Positions 25,815-38,689 are shown, counted from the stretch's first letter. The stretch: 64,000 nt of DNA from Malacoraja senta (GCA_038087875.1 JAXLNO010001914.1:1-64000), one strand, 5' to 3'. The notes: generated by a model from the letters alone, not told the origin. Numbers and translations: made by a program.

Positions 25815-26170
25815 CAGTTCAGGCTCAGTTAACAGCATTTTCACCTGCTTCAAGAGATTGGGCACCATTTCAGATTTGAAAGCTGAATATATATTGCAGT
25901 GCCATGTAAACGTTGTTATCTACATGTTCCAATAATATTGTTGATTACGAACCATTCATAGGAAAGTGGGGCTTTCTCCTAAATTCTTGGTCAACATCAA
26001 AAACAAATTAATTAAAGATCCACCTAATCACTATTTGTGAGACACAATTGTACACAAAACAACTGCTGTGATTAATGATATAATAATAGGAAATGCATTT
26101 CAAAACAACTAACTGCAGGGGAAACACATTAAGATATTGCTAGGAAATGCAATAAATACTATGTTTTCCT
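25815..26170 (+). mobile_element. Ancient Deu-domain SINE relic
   Basis: Head ggctcagttaacagca; core ggggctttctcctaaattcttggtcaacat...tatttgtgagacacaattgtacacaaa is similar to the reverse complement of 31350-31490. Confidence 0.45.
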
Positions 26171-26308
26171 ACCTTGTTGAACTTCTTAGTGTAATGCAAT
26201 ACCCTGGTCAATCAAAACCAATAATGCCAACCACACACACACCTGAACTGATCCCAGATTAACCTGATGCAGAATAATCAGGGATGAAGAAGTAGCATGA
26301 GTTGACTA

Positions 26309-26439
26309 AAGACACAAGAAACTGCAGATGCTGAAATCCTGAGCAAAATACAAAGCGCTAGAGTAACTCCGTGGGTCAGACAGCTTGTGTGGAGGAATGG
26401 AGAGATTACATTTTGGGTTGGGACCCCTCTTCAGACTAG
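26309..26439 (-). mobile_element. Short Penelope-terminal module
   Basis: gacacaagaaactgcagatgctg...gggttgggacccctcttcagactag. Confidence 0.7.
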
Positions 26440-26897
26440 AATTTGGCTAAAAACAGTTTCCAAAATACTCCTATTTTAATTTTGCAGGAGAGCTCCCTGG
26501 GAGAAAATCTTGGTCAAATCATCTGTAGAATGAGGCTTACAAATAATGTCAGACTGCTGGAATAGAACAAAGCCCCCAGGTTTCAATGTGCATTAATCGG
26601 GAACAATTCTCAAGAGTTTTGTGCACCAGCTGAATTTAATTGATATTGATTGAAGTCAAGCCAACAGCTCTTTAAGGAAAGTTGATCGCTGACTGGAACC
26701 ACAGGTCAATGTCCTTGCACAGCATGGAATCATACAACATGGAAAAGTCAATTTGGCCCCCTGAGCTCGACGAATAATGTGACCATCATAGGGCACATTC
26801 AGGATTACAATGCTGAGGCAGATGTGAGAGCAAGCACCCAATTTCAAACACAGAATTGGAAATCAAAGTTGATGACCAGGAGAGAGGTTGAGCATAA

Positions 26898-26990
26898 TAA
26901 AAACACGAAATGTTGGAAATACTCAGCAGGTCAAGCCACATCTAAGGGAAGAGAAACATTTCAGGTCAATGATCCTTCATCAGAGACGTT
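26898..26990 (-). mobile_element. Older Penelope-terminal module with canonical-core hammerhead motif (26955-26983)
   Basis: The reverse complement reads CTGATGA-AGG ATCATTGA CCT-GAAA-TGTT. Confidence 0.6.
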
Positions 26991-27152
26991 TAACATGTTT
27001 AGAGGCCTGGAGAGATTTGGAAGCCAATGAAGCCAAAGTAGGAGCGATGCCCAATAGACCTAATCCACTCCTGGAAGATACTTAATGAACATGCATTAGT
27101 GAACACATAATGCCTAAATACTGACAACTATGCATGCAAGGAGAGGCTCTTA

Positions 27153-27867
27153 AGGGCCCGTCCCACTTAGGCGACTTTTTAGGCGAGTGCAGAGACTGGT
27201 CGCGAGGAGTTCCCGCATTCTGGGAACTGGTCGCGGCCTCAGTATGGTCACCGCAAATTTTTCAACATGTTGAAACACTTTCTGCGACCAAAAATTCGTC
27301 ACCATGGAGAAAATCGATAAACCTGTAGTCGTAGGTGCAGTTTTAGTGCGGTCGCCATGTAGTTATAGGTAGTCGTAGGTAGTTTTAGTTATTCGCCTTT
27401 GCTGACCGGGCATTTTCATTTACTCATTAGGGGAAAAAAACGTAACCACGAGTTTTCAGAACCAAGGATAACCGACCTGTAATGTTAAATGCCCACCAAA
27501 CTTCACAGCTGTGTATCCCTGGCTTATTAAAAGTTGTCTGGCTTCTTAACAGTGTCACCACTCCTTCTCCCACCTCCTCCCCCCCCCCCTTTAAAGGAGT
27601 TACCGTACACTGTGCTAGCCGTCTTAACCTTCCTGTTCATCGCAGTGTCTCTGTATCACCTTGGCTTTGCACCATGTGAATTTCAGACAGGGCTCCCCCG
27701 CTTTCCCTGGCCCCCGCCTTTGGGGGGGGGCGTCTTTGCGGGGGGGGGGGTATGTCAGTCACTCACTCTGACAGTCGCCGTTCCAGTTCCCGTTTTTTCA
27801 GGCGAGTGCCGCGAACTTGACAGTCGCCGGCAGTCCGCTGAAAAGTCGCCTAAGTGGGACAGGCCCT
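27153..27867. mobile_element. PIF/Harbinger-type MITE
   Basis: TIRs agggcccgtcccacttaggcgactttt / aaaagtcgcctaagtgggacaggccct; TSD TTA at 27150-27152 and 27868-27870; non-coding. Confidence 0.9.
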
Positions 27868-30800
27868 TTACTCTCGTCAGGCAGCATCAGTGGAAAAAGA
27901 ACCAGAGTTACATTTCAGGTCGAAAACCTTTTGTTAGAACTGGATAAGCTAATCTTTTCATCCACATGCCTTTCCGTAAAGATGTTTGTATAAATGGAGT
28001 ATTTCTGAGTACTAACACCAGTGCTATTTTAAGCATGCACCTATCACTCAATGTTACTTTTAGTGCAAAGCAGACAAAACTGTTGCAATGATAACAGCAT
28101 ATTTTTAAAAATTTGCCCCAACCTCGTCAATTATCTATTGCAAAGATGTTTACATTACTTTTATTGCGGATAAACAAAAGGTGTTGTTTGGTTAAAAAAT
28201 GAAATGAAACTGCAACATATTTAAATTATTAATGGAATGTCTGTGGCACTTTTGGTTAAGAAAACATACTTATAGTTGCCAAGTTCGTTGGTGTGGGTGT
28301 GAGGCTGGTGATGATCACATTTATCATTTGCCACACCAAAGCCACAAAATTCTGACTTCCAATACAATTAAGTGGCCTCTAGCCTCAAACATTTATAGAG
28401 CCACTAATAATGGTCTGGATGGTGCTCTTCCTCGACAGTAATTCCCCAGTAAACTGCTGTGGAGCAACTCAAAGCAGAATAGTATCATGGACTGCAGTAA
28501 GGAAGACAGTAAAGGGTTGGAGATTAGATGCCACAACAGCTGACCTCTTGCTCCACCTGTGAGCTCAGCAATGTCTGGGGAAGGAACCCAAATATTCTGA
28601 AATTGAGGAAGAATAAGATTTGGGGTCCTTTCGCATTATGTCAGCAATTCGTGTTGACCTCACTATTTGAATGGAGTTGTCGAATAGGATCAAAATGAGA
28701 AGTGATTTTTTAGGATAGTTTTGTTCATGTTATATCAGTTATTTTTCAAGAAAAGAATTTTAAAAATATTTAAATCTTTTTTGAACTATTTGAAACATCT
28801 CTGATTACCAGAGTAACATAGAAACAGTTTAAAAAAAAACTCTTTACCAGCACAAAGTATATCGGGCAAATCTGTTCATGGACCACTCTGCTTCACAGGA
28901 TGGCTGTGGCAGCACAATCTGGAGTACAATTTATCTCATGGGCCACGGAAGTATTAATATGCAGCAACAATTGCACAGGGGACAAATATAGGATGTGGGC
29001 CACGATGAACATGGTCCAGTCCAATGTAATAAATAGGTATGGTAATGTCCTGTAGAATTTTTAATCCGAATGCAATCTTAAAATCTTAATGAAATTCCTC
29101 CCGCCACGCCTAATATTCTTCAAAATTTCCTTTTGGTGGTTTTGAGCAAAGTATCATGTTTCAAACAATCAAGCATTTAGTCCTCTTATAGGACAATTAG
29201 TTACTGCATGGCAGTAATTATAGTATCGTTATCTGCTTATAATGGGCAGCTCGACAATGTTCTCCTTTTAGGAAAGCATGGATTCTAACATTAAAACTCA
29301 GTTATTAGACAAGTTTGCATCAACAGAATCTTTCAGCAGCAGCGATCATTCATGTGGCGGGTGGAGAATGTAATAGAGATATGATTCATGTATTGAATTT
29401 TTTTGGTGAACATTTCCAAATTATTCATTGTAAACACAAACAAAGACTTGTTATTACTCATCACCAAAGTGAAATTTAGTGCTTTAAAACTCTTGCAGGA
29501 GGTAGTCTCCACTGTCCTGAAAGTAATGGACGGAAAATGCCCTATCCACAGATATTAATTTCTCTTGGGAAATACAAGGCACTAGAACTAGGGAAAAATT
29601 ATAAGGAAAGTTTTCTCTTTGTCGATCATTAATGCAGCCTCTCAATTATACACCAGCCCTTTGGTCTTCAAAGTCACTCAGAACATTTTACTGAAGTTAT
29701 TTTTGTGTCAAATGTGACAGTACAAAAGATGAAAAGCATTATAGGTCGGAAAAAATATATACAAGGCAGCGATCAATGGATTTAATTATTTACAATGTAG
29801 TTTTTGAAAAATGAATAAGATGAAGAAATGCAAGTCGTCAGATTGAACTGTGAGAGATGTCAACAGTGATATGAGACACATGCTAATTACAAATTGCCTG
29901 TCTCTTTTTCTTTGCATTTCAACAAAGTCCATCTAACAGCTGAGAGAACTCAGTTCACTAGTCTGGCTGCTCTGGGGACCCTGCAATGCAGGCATTGATC
30001 TTTACTAATTCAGAGTGTACTGTATGTACTAAGCTTTCTCTCAAAAAGGTACAATGAGAGCTTTCAATTTTTAACCTGGTGACGTCTTTCATAGACTAAT
30101 GCAGACAGCAATTTTTTTCTCTCTGCATATTAAGAAATCATATAATGACAGCTCATTCAGCCTGGTTGGAAGCCTTGTGTGATTTATGTTATCTCTTGGC
30201 ACTTATTTCAATCACCTTGACTTTTAAGTATAAGTGAAAAGAGACTGTCAGTCACCTCTTATGAACAAAATACTTAATAATTCTCCAACATTAGCACTCA
30301 TGACTGAAACATCTGGTCAAGCAAACCCATGAGTTATTTATTTCCTAAATGTATAACAAAAGCCAACATTTAAACCGCACCTTCTCTTGGGTCAAATCCT
30401 TGTAGGGAACATATACTCATCCACAACTATAAATTGATCTCAAATAATTATCCCATGATCTTTCTTGCTAAAATATAACAAATATATTTTAACCTGGTAT
30501 TTTACTACAAGAATGCCTTAAACCCAAATAAGTTTTGGACCTAACAGTACGGTTAAAAAAGATTTTTAATATTTTATACCAAGGGGCCAAAAGATATAAT
30601 TTTAATTTGACAAAACAATGTTTTGCTCTCCTCTCTTACACCCTCCTAAAACATAACTAAATCACAATAAAAACATTGATTTTTTGTTGCAAGCCTCAAA
30701 ACTCTCTTGAATACTGAGGAAAGGTGAATCCAGAAATAAACCAATAACTGTACTAATCTAGGAATGTTGAATAACCAAGCTTATGACATTAGTTCAACTG

Positions 30801-31269
30801 CACACTCTACTCAATCCAGAGTGCTGCTGTCATCCCACCTGTAATCTAGTCATAAATCATTGCCAAATGTCAGAAATGAATTGCAGTTTGATTATTGGTT
30901 ACTGTAAACCAACCCCCACATTGTCCTCCCCCTGCCCTTTTGATTTTCCCTTCAATTTTTTTTAAAGGCAAAATTGCTCAAAATGCTTTGCCTACTTTCT
31001 GTACTCTGAAGTTATGTCAAGGCTTCATATAAAGCAGAAGGTTAACACCACGAGTTTTTGAATAATCCTAATAAAGACTGAGAACATGCAAAAAGAGTTG
31101 ATGTGATATATTCTGCTGCTGGTGGAGTGGATTTGTACACATTTGTCTCCTGGCCATTATCAAATATTCAAAGACATCATCAAATGGCATGGACAATTAG
31201 CGACTAGTGTTTTAACCACTAACATATGTGATGTTAAGGAAGAAACAACTAACAATTATAACAATGTTT

Positions 31270-31590
31270 TTTTCAGTTTGTCCTAAGGTGCTTTACAATG
31301 AATACAATAATTTTAAAAGTGATTACTGCTGTAACATAAGAAATATGGCAGCCAATTTGTACGCAGTGAGGTTTCACAAACTGCTGTGAAACAAATGACT
31401 AAATTATTTGCTTTTAGATGTGGACCAAAAAGATGAATGTTGGCCAGTATGCCAGGAAAACTCCATTCTTCTTTGAATAATGCCAGAACTTGTTCAGGTC
31501 ACCTGTTTAATATCTCATCAGAGGGATATCTGATAATGTAATCAACATTTGATGTTTTATCATTGAGCCAAGGCTGAGACCCACTAGTGT
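31270..31590 (-). mobile_element. Ancient Deu-domain SINE relic
   Basis: ggcagccaatttgtacgcag...cacaaactgctgtg...aatgttggccagtatgccaggaaaactccattcttctttgaataatgcc, recalled as the DeuSINE core. Confidence 0.6.
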
Positions 31591-31677
31591 TGAAAAAGGA
31601 AGATATTATGGAGATTAAGAAATTGTAATGGACTTAATTTTCATCATGCTTAATCACTACTAATCCAGAATCCATAA

Positions 31678-32167
31678 GGCACAGTGGTACAGTTACTGCC
31701 TTACAGCGCCAGAGACCCGGGTTCGATCTTGACTACAGGTGCAGTCTATACAGAGTTTGTTCATTCTCCCTGTGACCGCATGTGTTTTCTCCAGGTGCTC
31801 CTGTTTCCTCCCACACTCCAAAGACGTACAGGTTTGTAGGATAATTGGCTTTGAAAAATTGTAAATTGTATTGAAGTATTCAAGAGGGAGTTAGATATAA
31901 CTCTTTGGGCTAACGGAATCAAGGGATATGGGGAGAAAGCAGGAACGGGGTACTGATTTTGGATGATCAACCATGATCATGTTTAATGGCGGTGCTGGCT
32001 CGAAGGGCTGAATGGCCTCCTGCACCTATTTTTTATCTTTCTATGTTTGTCCCCAGAGTGCATGACAGTCCTAGTGTATGGGATGATCGCTGGTTGGCAC
32101 GGACCCGGTGGGCAGAAGGACCTGGTTTGGCGCTGCATCGCTAAATTCTAAAGTCTAATAGTCTAAA
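31678..32167 (+). mobile_element. V-SINE interrupted by a CR1 3'-end insertion (31870-32046)
   Basis: The SINE head (gacccgggttcgatc) and core run to 31869, then a CR1 tail encoding GIKGYGEKAGTGY* plus 3' UTR follows. The SINE resumes at 32047, with ttgt on both sides of the insert. Confidence 0.85.
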
Positions 32168-32797
32168 GGCAAAACAGAGCCGCTTATTATAAATCCAAAA
32201 CAATAGAATGCAAACTGGAGAAAGCCACTCTCAAACTAACCAGTGATTGTGAAAAATAACAGTGGAGTCAGACACAAATTGTCACGTGAAGGTGTATACT
32301 AACTCTGAACATTTTAAAATCTAGTTTCATTCCATTTATCTCATATTTAGTTTTCTGCAGTTCTAGAGTATTGGGTAAAGCCTCATAAGGTCAGCGATTC
32401 CAGTGTAACTATAAATACCAGTGTCTACCTTGTCTAATCAGCATACCAATATGATTACGATACGTTATCCCTCCTCATGATTGCTACCTCTCTACACTCG
32501 ATCTCTAATGACTCTCCTCTGTTGTCCAAATTAATTGAAGCATTACTCATTTCCATCCTTAGCCAACATTTGCAGATTGAAGATCTCGAGCAATGGCTTC
32601 CTTTCTCATCTCCTCCAGAGTCTTCCCGATCTCCTTTTCCTCTTTTCCTCGTCTATCGGCAGTGCTTTGCAAATGCCATTTATAAGCATTGGATCAGAAG
32701 ATAATAGTCACCCTACCTCCCCACTCCTACTGTTAGCTCCCCATAATCTCTCACTTTCAAATGCTTGTCCAATATCTAGTATCATCCATTTAAACAC

Positions 32798-33109
32798 TTT
32801 TAGTTTAGTTTAGAGACAGCACAGAAGCAGGCCCTTCGGCCCACCGGGTCCGCGCCGACCAGCAATCCCCGCATATTAACACTATCCTACACCCACTAGG
32901 GACAATTTTTACATTTACCAAGCCAATTAACCTACAAACCTGTACGTCTTTGGAGTGTGGGAGGAAACCGAAGATCTCGGAGAAAACCCACGCAGATCAT
33001 AGGGAGAACGTACAAACTCCGTACAGACAGCACCCGTGGTCAGGATCGAACCCGGGTCTCCGGCGCTGTATTCACTGTAAGGCAGCAACTACCGCTGCGC
33101 CACCATGCA
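32798..33109 (-). mobile_element. Young V-SINE (HE1-like), CpG-rich
   Basis: Intact A and B boxes, core and (tttag)n tail. Confidence 0.9.
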
Positions 33110-33645
33110 GACTAACGTTATCATCATCAGTTCTTGCCTCAAATATTGTAAATCTGTCATTGATTCCAACCCCTGTTGATGTGTTAACTTAGCATGGCAA
33201 AACTTAGGAATTAATCAGTCCAGTGAAAAATTTCTAACACCATACTCTCTTCAAAACATGCCCTAATGCCCTGTCTCGATCAATTCTTTATCGTCTCTTC
33301 ATCTACCATTGTTTCTTTAGTTCCTTCCAAAAACTGTCATTTTAATTGAATGTTATCTTCTTCAGTTATATTACAACCAATATTAATTGCCATCTTCTAT
33401 GTAACCATTACTCAACCTTTTTTTGATTGCACCTACATTAAAGGTGCTGCATAATTGATAGTCATTGTTCTATGGATTATCTCTGTTAGTTTATTTAAGG
33501 AGTCCTGAGCAACTACCATCTTTAGCAAACTAATATGTACTGAAATGCAGACGCTCCCCAACTTACGCAAGGGTAACATCCCCCAGACCATTGTGTGTCA
33601 GATTTTACATAAATCGGAAATGGAAGTGCTACTGCACAAGCGTAA

Positions 33646-34654
33646 TGGGCCTGTCCCAATTAGGTGATTTTTCAGGCGACACACGTTGCTTCCTTAACCG
33701 TTATGCAGGTGGGGGACAGGGCAAGCGGGGGGGAGCGCTGTCTGAGTGAAATTCACACGGTGCAAAGCCAATGTGATACAAACAGGAAGGTTGGCGCTGT
33801 AATTAAGACGGTGAAAGCACAGTGTACAGGAAGGGTCACGTTAGTCCTTTAAAAGAGGGGGGGGAGGGGGGAGAGGGGGGAGAAGGGGGTAGAAGCATTA
33901 ATTGAAGCATTACTCATTTCCATCCTTAGCCAACATTTGCAGATTGAAGATCTCGAGCAATGGCTTCCTTTCTCATCTCCTCCAGAGTCTTCCCGATCTC
34001 CTTTTCCTCTTTTCCTCGTCTATCGGCAGTGCTTTGCAAATGCCATTTATAAGCATTGGATCAGAAGATAATAGTCACCCTACCTCCCCACTCCTACTGT
34101 TAGCTCCCCATAATCTCTCACTTTCAAATGCTTGTCCAATATCTAGTATCATCCATTTAAACACTTTTAGTTTAGTTTAGAGACAGCACAGAAGCAGGCC
34201 CTTCGGCCCACCGTTACTGGAGTGGAGACAACTTTTCAGGAGCCAGAGATACACGGCTGTGAAGCTCGGCAGACATCAACATTACCGGTCAGTTATCCTA
34301 AGTTCTGAAAATTACTGATTACGTTTTTTTTTCCCCAGTGAGCCAATGAAATTCACTGGTCAGCTACAACCTACGACAACCTTCGACCTCCTGGCAACCC
34401 ACCACCACTGCACCTACGGCATGAGAATTCTCGCTACTCTCCATGGCGGCTTAATTCTGGTCGGTGCAAATTTTTCAACATATTGAAAAATTTGCGGTGA
34501 CCATAATGAGGTCGCGACTAGTTCCCAGAATGCGGGAACTCCTCGCGACCATGAAGGCACCCCCTGGAAACCACCTGCGAACATGTGGCGACCATGTGGC
34601 GACTGCATAGTCTCCTGCAGTTGCCTAAAAAGTCGCCTAAGTGGGACAGGCCCA
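33646..34654. mobile_element. PIF/Harbinger-type MITE, opposite orientation to the 27153 copy, carrying a 317-bp insertion
   Basis: TIRs tgggcctgtcccaattagg / cctaagtgggacaggccca; TSD TAA at 33643-33645 and 34655-34657. Confidence 0.9.
33897..34213 (+). repeat. 317-bp direct duplicate of 32530-32846
   Basis: Appears identical by eye; identical 92-aa translations at 32535 and 33902 (offset 1367). Confidence 0.95.
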
Positions 34655-36534
34655 TAAGTTTACTATTCAATGCAGAGTCTGCAGTGGAGCTCTGATGTTG
34701 AGACCATGTGGGAGCATCCAGGAGAACAGCTGACTGGCTTGCAGAAGAAGGCGCTTGCGCAGTAGCACACTGCTACCGAAATGTGCAACTCGGAAATTAA
34801 GCAGTGGCCTTAAAAAATTGCTTATGCAAGTACGAGTTTACGTAAGTCACCTAGTTTGTAAGTCGGGGGAGTGCGTGTAAAAACGATTCTGCTTTCCACA
34901 CCAAAGGCTATATTAAATAATTATACTTTACTAAACTATTGCAAGCCTGTAATTTGTGGTAAAGACACAAGCAGGGGCAGGTCCAGTTTGCTTGTGGGTA
35001 TTTTGAGTTGTAGCAATGTTCCAAAGAATTAGTTGGTGCAAAAAGAAAGTTTCTCAGTGCTAAGTATTGTAATATCTGGGCTGAATTTCAATTACCACAT
35101 TGAGTGGTTTGTGGTATCAATAGGAGTGCAGAATGGTCAGCTGGTAGCAGCATATGCTTCGTTAAGTAAATTGGTCAGATTTTGAATTAAAAAAGGAAAG
35201 CGGTTTGTTTTTTATTTCAAAGAAACTGTGCAGAGACCACAGTCTTTCCCTATTGTGGCTTCGGAGTCATAATTCAAACCATACTGAGCTGTAAACTGCC
35301 ACGTTTCCAAGCTCAGCATTCCTGTCTAATCTCCACACTGCCATGTACTGTTCCATATGCAGTGTTAGGTGTAAGGTCTTCATTTGGGGAAATCATTCTC
35401 TGTGGGCAATGCTCAGATACAATGCTGAAAGCAGACTTTGTGGCAGCTGAGATGATTAGACCTGACCCTGCTTGAAAATACTCTGTACAGTACTTCCATC
35501 TCAAAGAAATTTGATCACTTACTGCACTATATACTGCTCAAGCCTGACTACTTGCAACCACGCAACCACTTATATACTACTCACGCTACATGCAAAAGAA
35601 AATCCATATTCATTTAGAAATGCTGTGGGTTAATTGTCCATTTCTATATCTCCCTATTCACACTATTAATCCAAGCTCAAGATATTTCTCCAATACACAT
35701 GGCAAATTGAATATTAACTCTTTAATTAGCATGAGCCCTGAAATTCTTCAAGTACAGTAAATTTAGAATCATATTCAAGAACTCCTGTTCTTGTTTATAT
35801 AAAGTAAAAAAATATTAAGTTGTTTTGTTTGTCCCTGCCAAACAAAATATTACTACTAAGATAAATAATGCTTGAATTTACCATATTAAAGGAACCACGT
35901 GCTTAGCAAATAGTTTTTATCTTTTGATGGCTTATAGTTCTATTTATTAACAGCTTTTTTGACCCTGGTTTGGAAGTCCTAGCTGTATTATTCTTCTCTA
36001 TGATGCTCCAAACATGAAACATAAACCTACTTGTGGGCTTTGTATTCATTGCAGAGACACAAAGAGCTAACGTTCAAAATTAACTCCTCACATTTAATAT
36101 ATTCAACAAACAATCTCAACTTGACAGCATAGTTATAAATCCACTCCTTCATGGGCTTCAGATACAAGCAATCCTATAAATGTCATATCATTTACATTTT
36201 GGAGTGCAGATGAATAAGGGAGAATTGTATTTCTGATGTTGTCTATATACAGCAGTATCATTTAATAAACATAAGAACACAATAAATGGGAGCAACGAGT
36301 ACCAAGCACATGAAAATGCCCATATGCAATCCCGGGGAGATATCCTTTGACTGTACAACTTGAAGAGATACAAAGAAGCTGTATTAGAGTTGTGCATATG
36401 CCATCATTGTTGGCTATGCAGTGACCTGCTAATCAATTGATAATATGCTGCATGTTTCAAAAACATTGCAAGTTCTCAGGGTGCAAAGCCAGAGATTCTT
36501 CATGGCTTCCTCTAAATTATACTGGAAACCAGTG

Positions 36535-37395
36535 TTACAGTCATGGAGCTATAGAGCATGGAAATAGGCCCTGCACCCAACTCATCCATGCTGACTAAGT
36601 TGCAAGCTGGGATAAAAGACTCTAACCTATCCAGTCGTCCCTTCTAACTCAAACCCTCCAGACTCAGTAACATCCTCATAAATCATTTTTTTCACCATTT
36701 TCAGTATAATGACATCCTTTCTATAAAAGTGCAACCATAACAGTAACACTGTGACCTTACCAATGTCTTGCACAGCAGTAACATGAAAATCCAACCCTTG
36801 TACTCAATTACCCTGACCCTTGAAGGCAAGCGTGCCAAACGCCTTCTTCACTGCCTTCTGGAACTGTGTTGCCACCTTCATGGATCTATGTACCTACACC
36901 CTTAGCTCGCTCTGCTTGGCAACACTCTCTGCATCCCTACTGCTTATTGTGCAACACCTGCCCTGGTTTGCCCCACTAAAATGCAATAACTTACATTTAT
37001 CTGAATTAAACTCCATCTGCCATTCCTCGGCCTATTGTCCTAGTTTATCAAGATCCCGCATTAACTGTAACCCCAACTGTCTATACCACTATTTCTAGTG
37101 CCAACTACAAACTTACACAGCATGCCACCTATATTAACATCTAAATCTTTAATATAAATAATGAATAACAGTGGAGCCAGCACCGATCCCCTTGGTGCAC
37201 CACTTGTTACAGGCCTCCAGCCTGAGGAACAATCCTCCATCACTCCCTGCAAACCGATTTTGTATCCAATTGCCTAGCTTGCATGCCTAGATTTCATGAA
37301 ATGCAACTTTCCAGACCAGCCTGCAATGCAGTGTCCTGTCAAAGGCATTGCTAAAGTCCACGTAGACAATGTCTACCAGATTGCCACCATCAATC
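36535..37395 (-). mobile_element. CR1 RT/3' fragment (decayed)
   Basis: ORF 37061..37252 WRPVTSGAPRGSVLAPLLFIIYIKDLD matches the CR1 RT PQGSVLGP motif. Confidence 0.85.
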
Positions 37396-38257
37396 AGGGT
37401 TACTCGAAGCATGAAAATGGCATGGGCCACTAACAGAACCAGTCCAATCCGCAACAATATTTGTGTCGTGGTCTTGCTTCAATGCTCTGTATCAACAGAA
37501 TTTGCCCGCAAAAGGCCATGTACAAGAAGTGTATGCTTCTCAACAGCAACTTCATTCCCAAATATTAATTTCTCCACATTTAAAAACTTTTACTGATCTC
37601 AAGTAGGTGATTAAATAATGACCAGATAACTGCTAAGTAGGGTATTAGAACCTTGTACCTTATGCAATCATAAGTCACTCTGGAGTCTGGGATTGTAATC
37701 CGCACCTCTGCGTGTTCAATTGTGCAATGATTCCTGATCACCTTCTTGGCTGTTCTCAAATCACCTGCGCCAAGTATTTCAACCATGTTGTATGGACATG
37801 GTACTAATGGCGGTATTTAATATGTGTTTGTCAAAACATTGTGGCTACCTAACAAACTTTACTTTAGGAGTCTTTGCTTCTTTCACTTTAATCTAGGTGC
37901 ATCAAACTTATTTTTAATCAAGCAAATTGTGTTAACATTTAGTTAAAATTAAATCAAGCTAAAACCTCAATGAAGGTTTATCCGAACAGCATGTGGAAGA
38001 TTTTACAAGTTTGTAAAACTGATAGTGAATGAAAACTAATTATTGCAACGTTCTTTAATCCAATAATTCTCAGGACAAGAAGCCATAGCCCGTCAATTAC
38101 ATTCTGCCCTACTTTCTGCACAACATCAACAAAACCAAAGGATCAAATTCAACCAAAGTAAATGAATTGCTGCAGATAGTTGTCAGGTGAAATAATAAGT
38201 GTTGAATATTTTGTACGAATAATTTTCTCTTTTTGCCACTACCCACAGTTCCAAACA

Positions 38258-38359
38258 GTTCAGTCTGAAGAAGGGTCTTGACCCGAAACATCACCCTTTC
38301 TTCTCAACAGAGATGCTGCCTGTTCCACGGAGTTACTCCAGCATTTTGTGTCTACCTTC
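38258..38359 (+). mobile_element. Short Penelope-terminal module starting at the hammerhead-like motif (38265-38292)
   Basis: cagtCTGAAGAagggtcttgacccGAAAcatc; TSD gttccaaaca at 38248-38257 and 38360-38369. Confidence 0.85.
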
Positions 38360-38689
38360 GTTCCAAACAACACCCCAATCATTCTCCACAGATCACAACT
38401 CAGGCCTCCTCCCATCAATCTCCAGATCTCTGGATGCACCCATCACTCCACACAGCTCCACATGCGTTCTATCATTCTTCATTGTCAAGTCACCCCCGCA
38501 GTCATCCCCTGAAATTGCAAAAATGCTAATCAGACGACAAAGCTCCATACTTGTCACACCTTCTCCGTTGATCTCGGGACCCGTCACTCTGTCCCCTCCA
38601 CCCACATCACACTCCGCCCCCGTCACTATCCGCCCCCATCAGTCCCTGTCTCCGTCACTCCCCGCCCTGTCACTCTGCACTTTTTTTTT

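Larger units (their letters stand above)
33548..34877. mobile_element. Tigger/pogo-like MITE hosting the Harbinger MITE
   Basis: Imperfect TIRs cagacgctccccaacttacgcaa / ttgtaagtcgggggagtgcgtg, followed by TA (34878-34879); the left flank is TG. Confidence 0.7.

Noticed and set aside
27320-27400. Short spaced repeats (gtagtcgtagg) resembling an array
   Set aside because: They are internal subterminal repeats of the Harbinger MITE, with no CRISPR-like repeat-spacer regularity, and the context is eukaryotic.
28848-29050. Possible minus-strand exon (ctacag|GACATT...GTGCTG|gtaaag)
   Set aside because: All three frames contain stops. A non-coding exon cannot be excluded but has no support.
32535-34180. 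Two identical 92-aa ORFs suggesting a duplicated small gene
   Set aside because: They come from the 317-bp DNA duplication, have a non-ATG start, end in a SINE tail and show no protein features.
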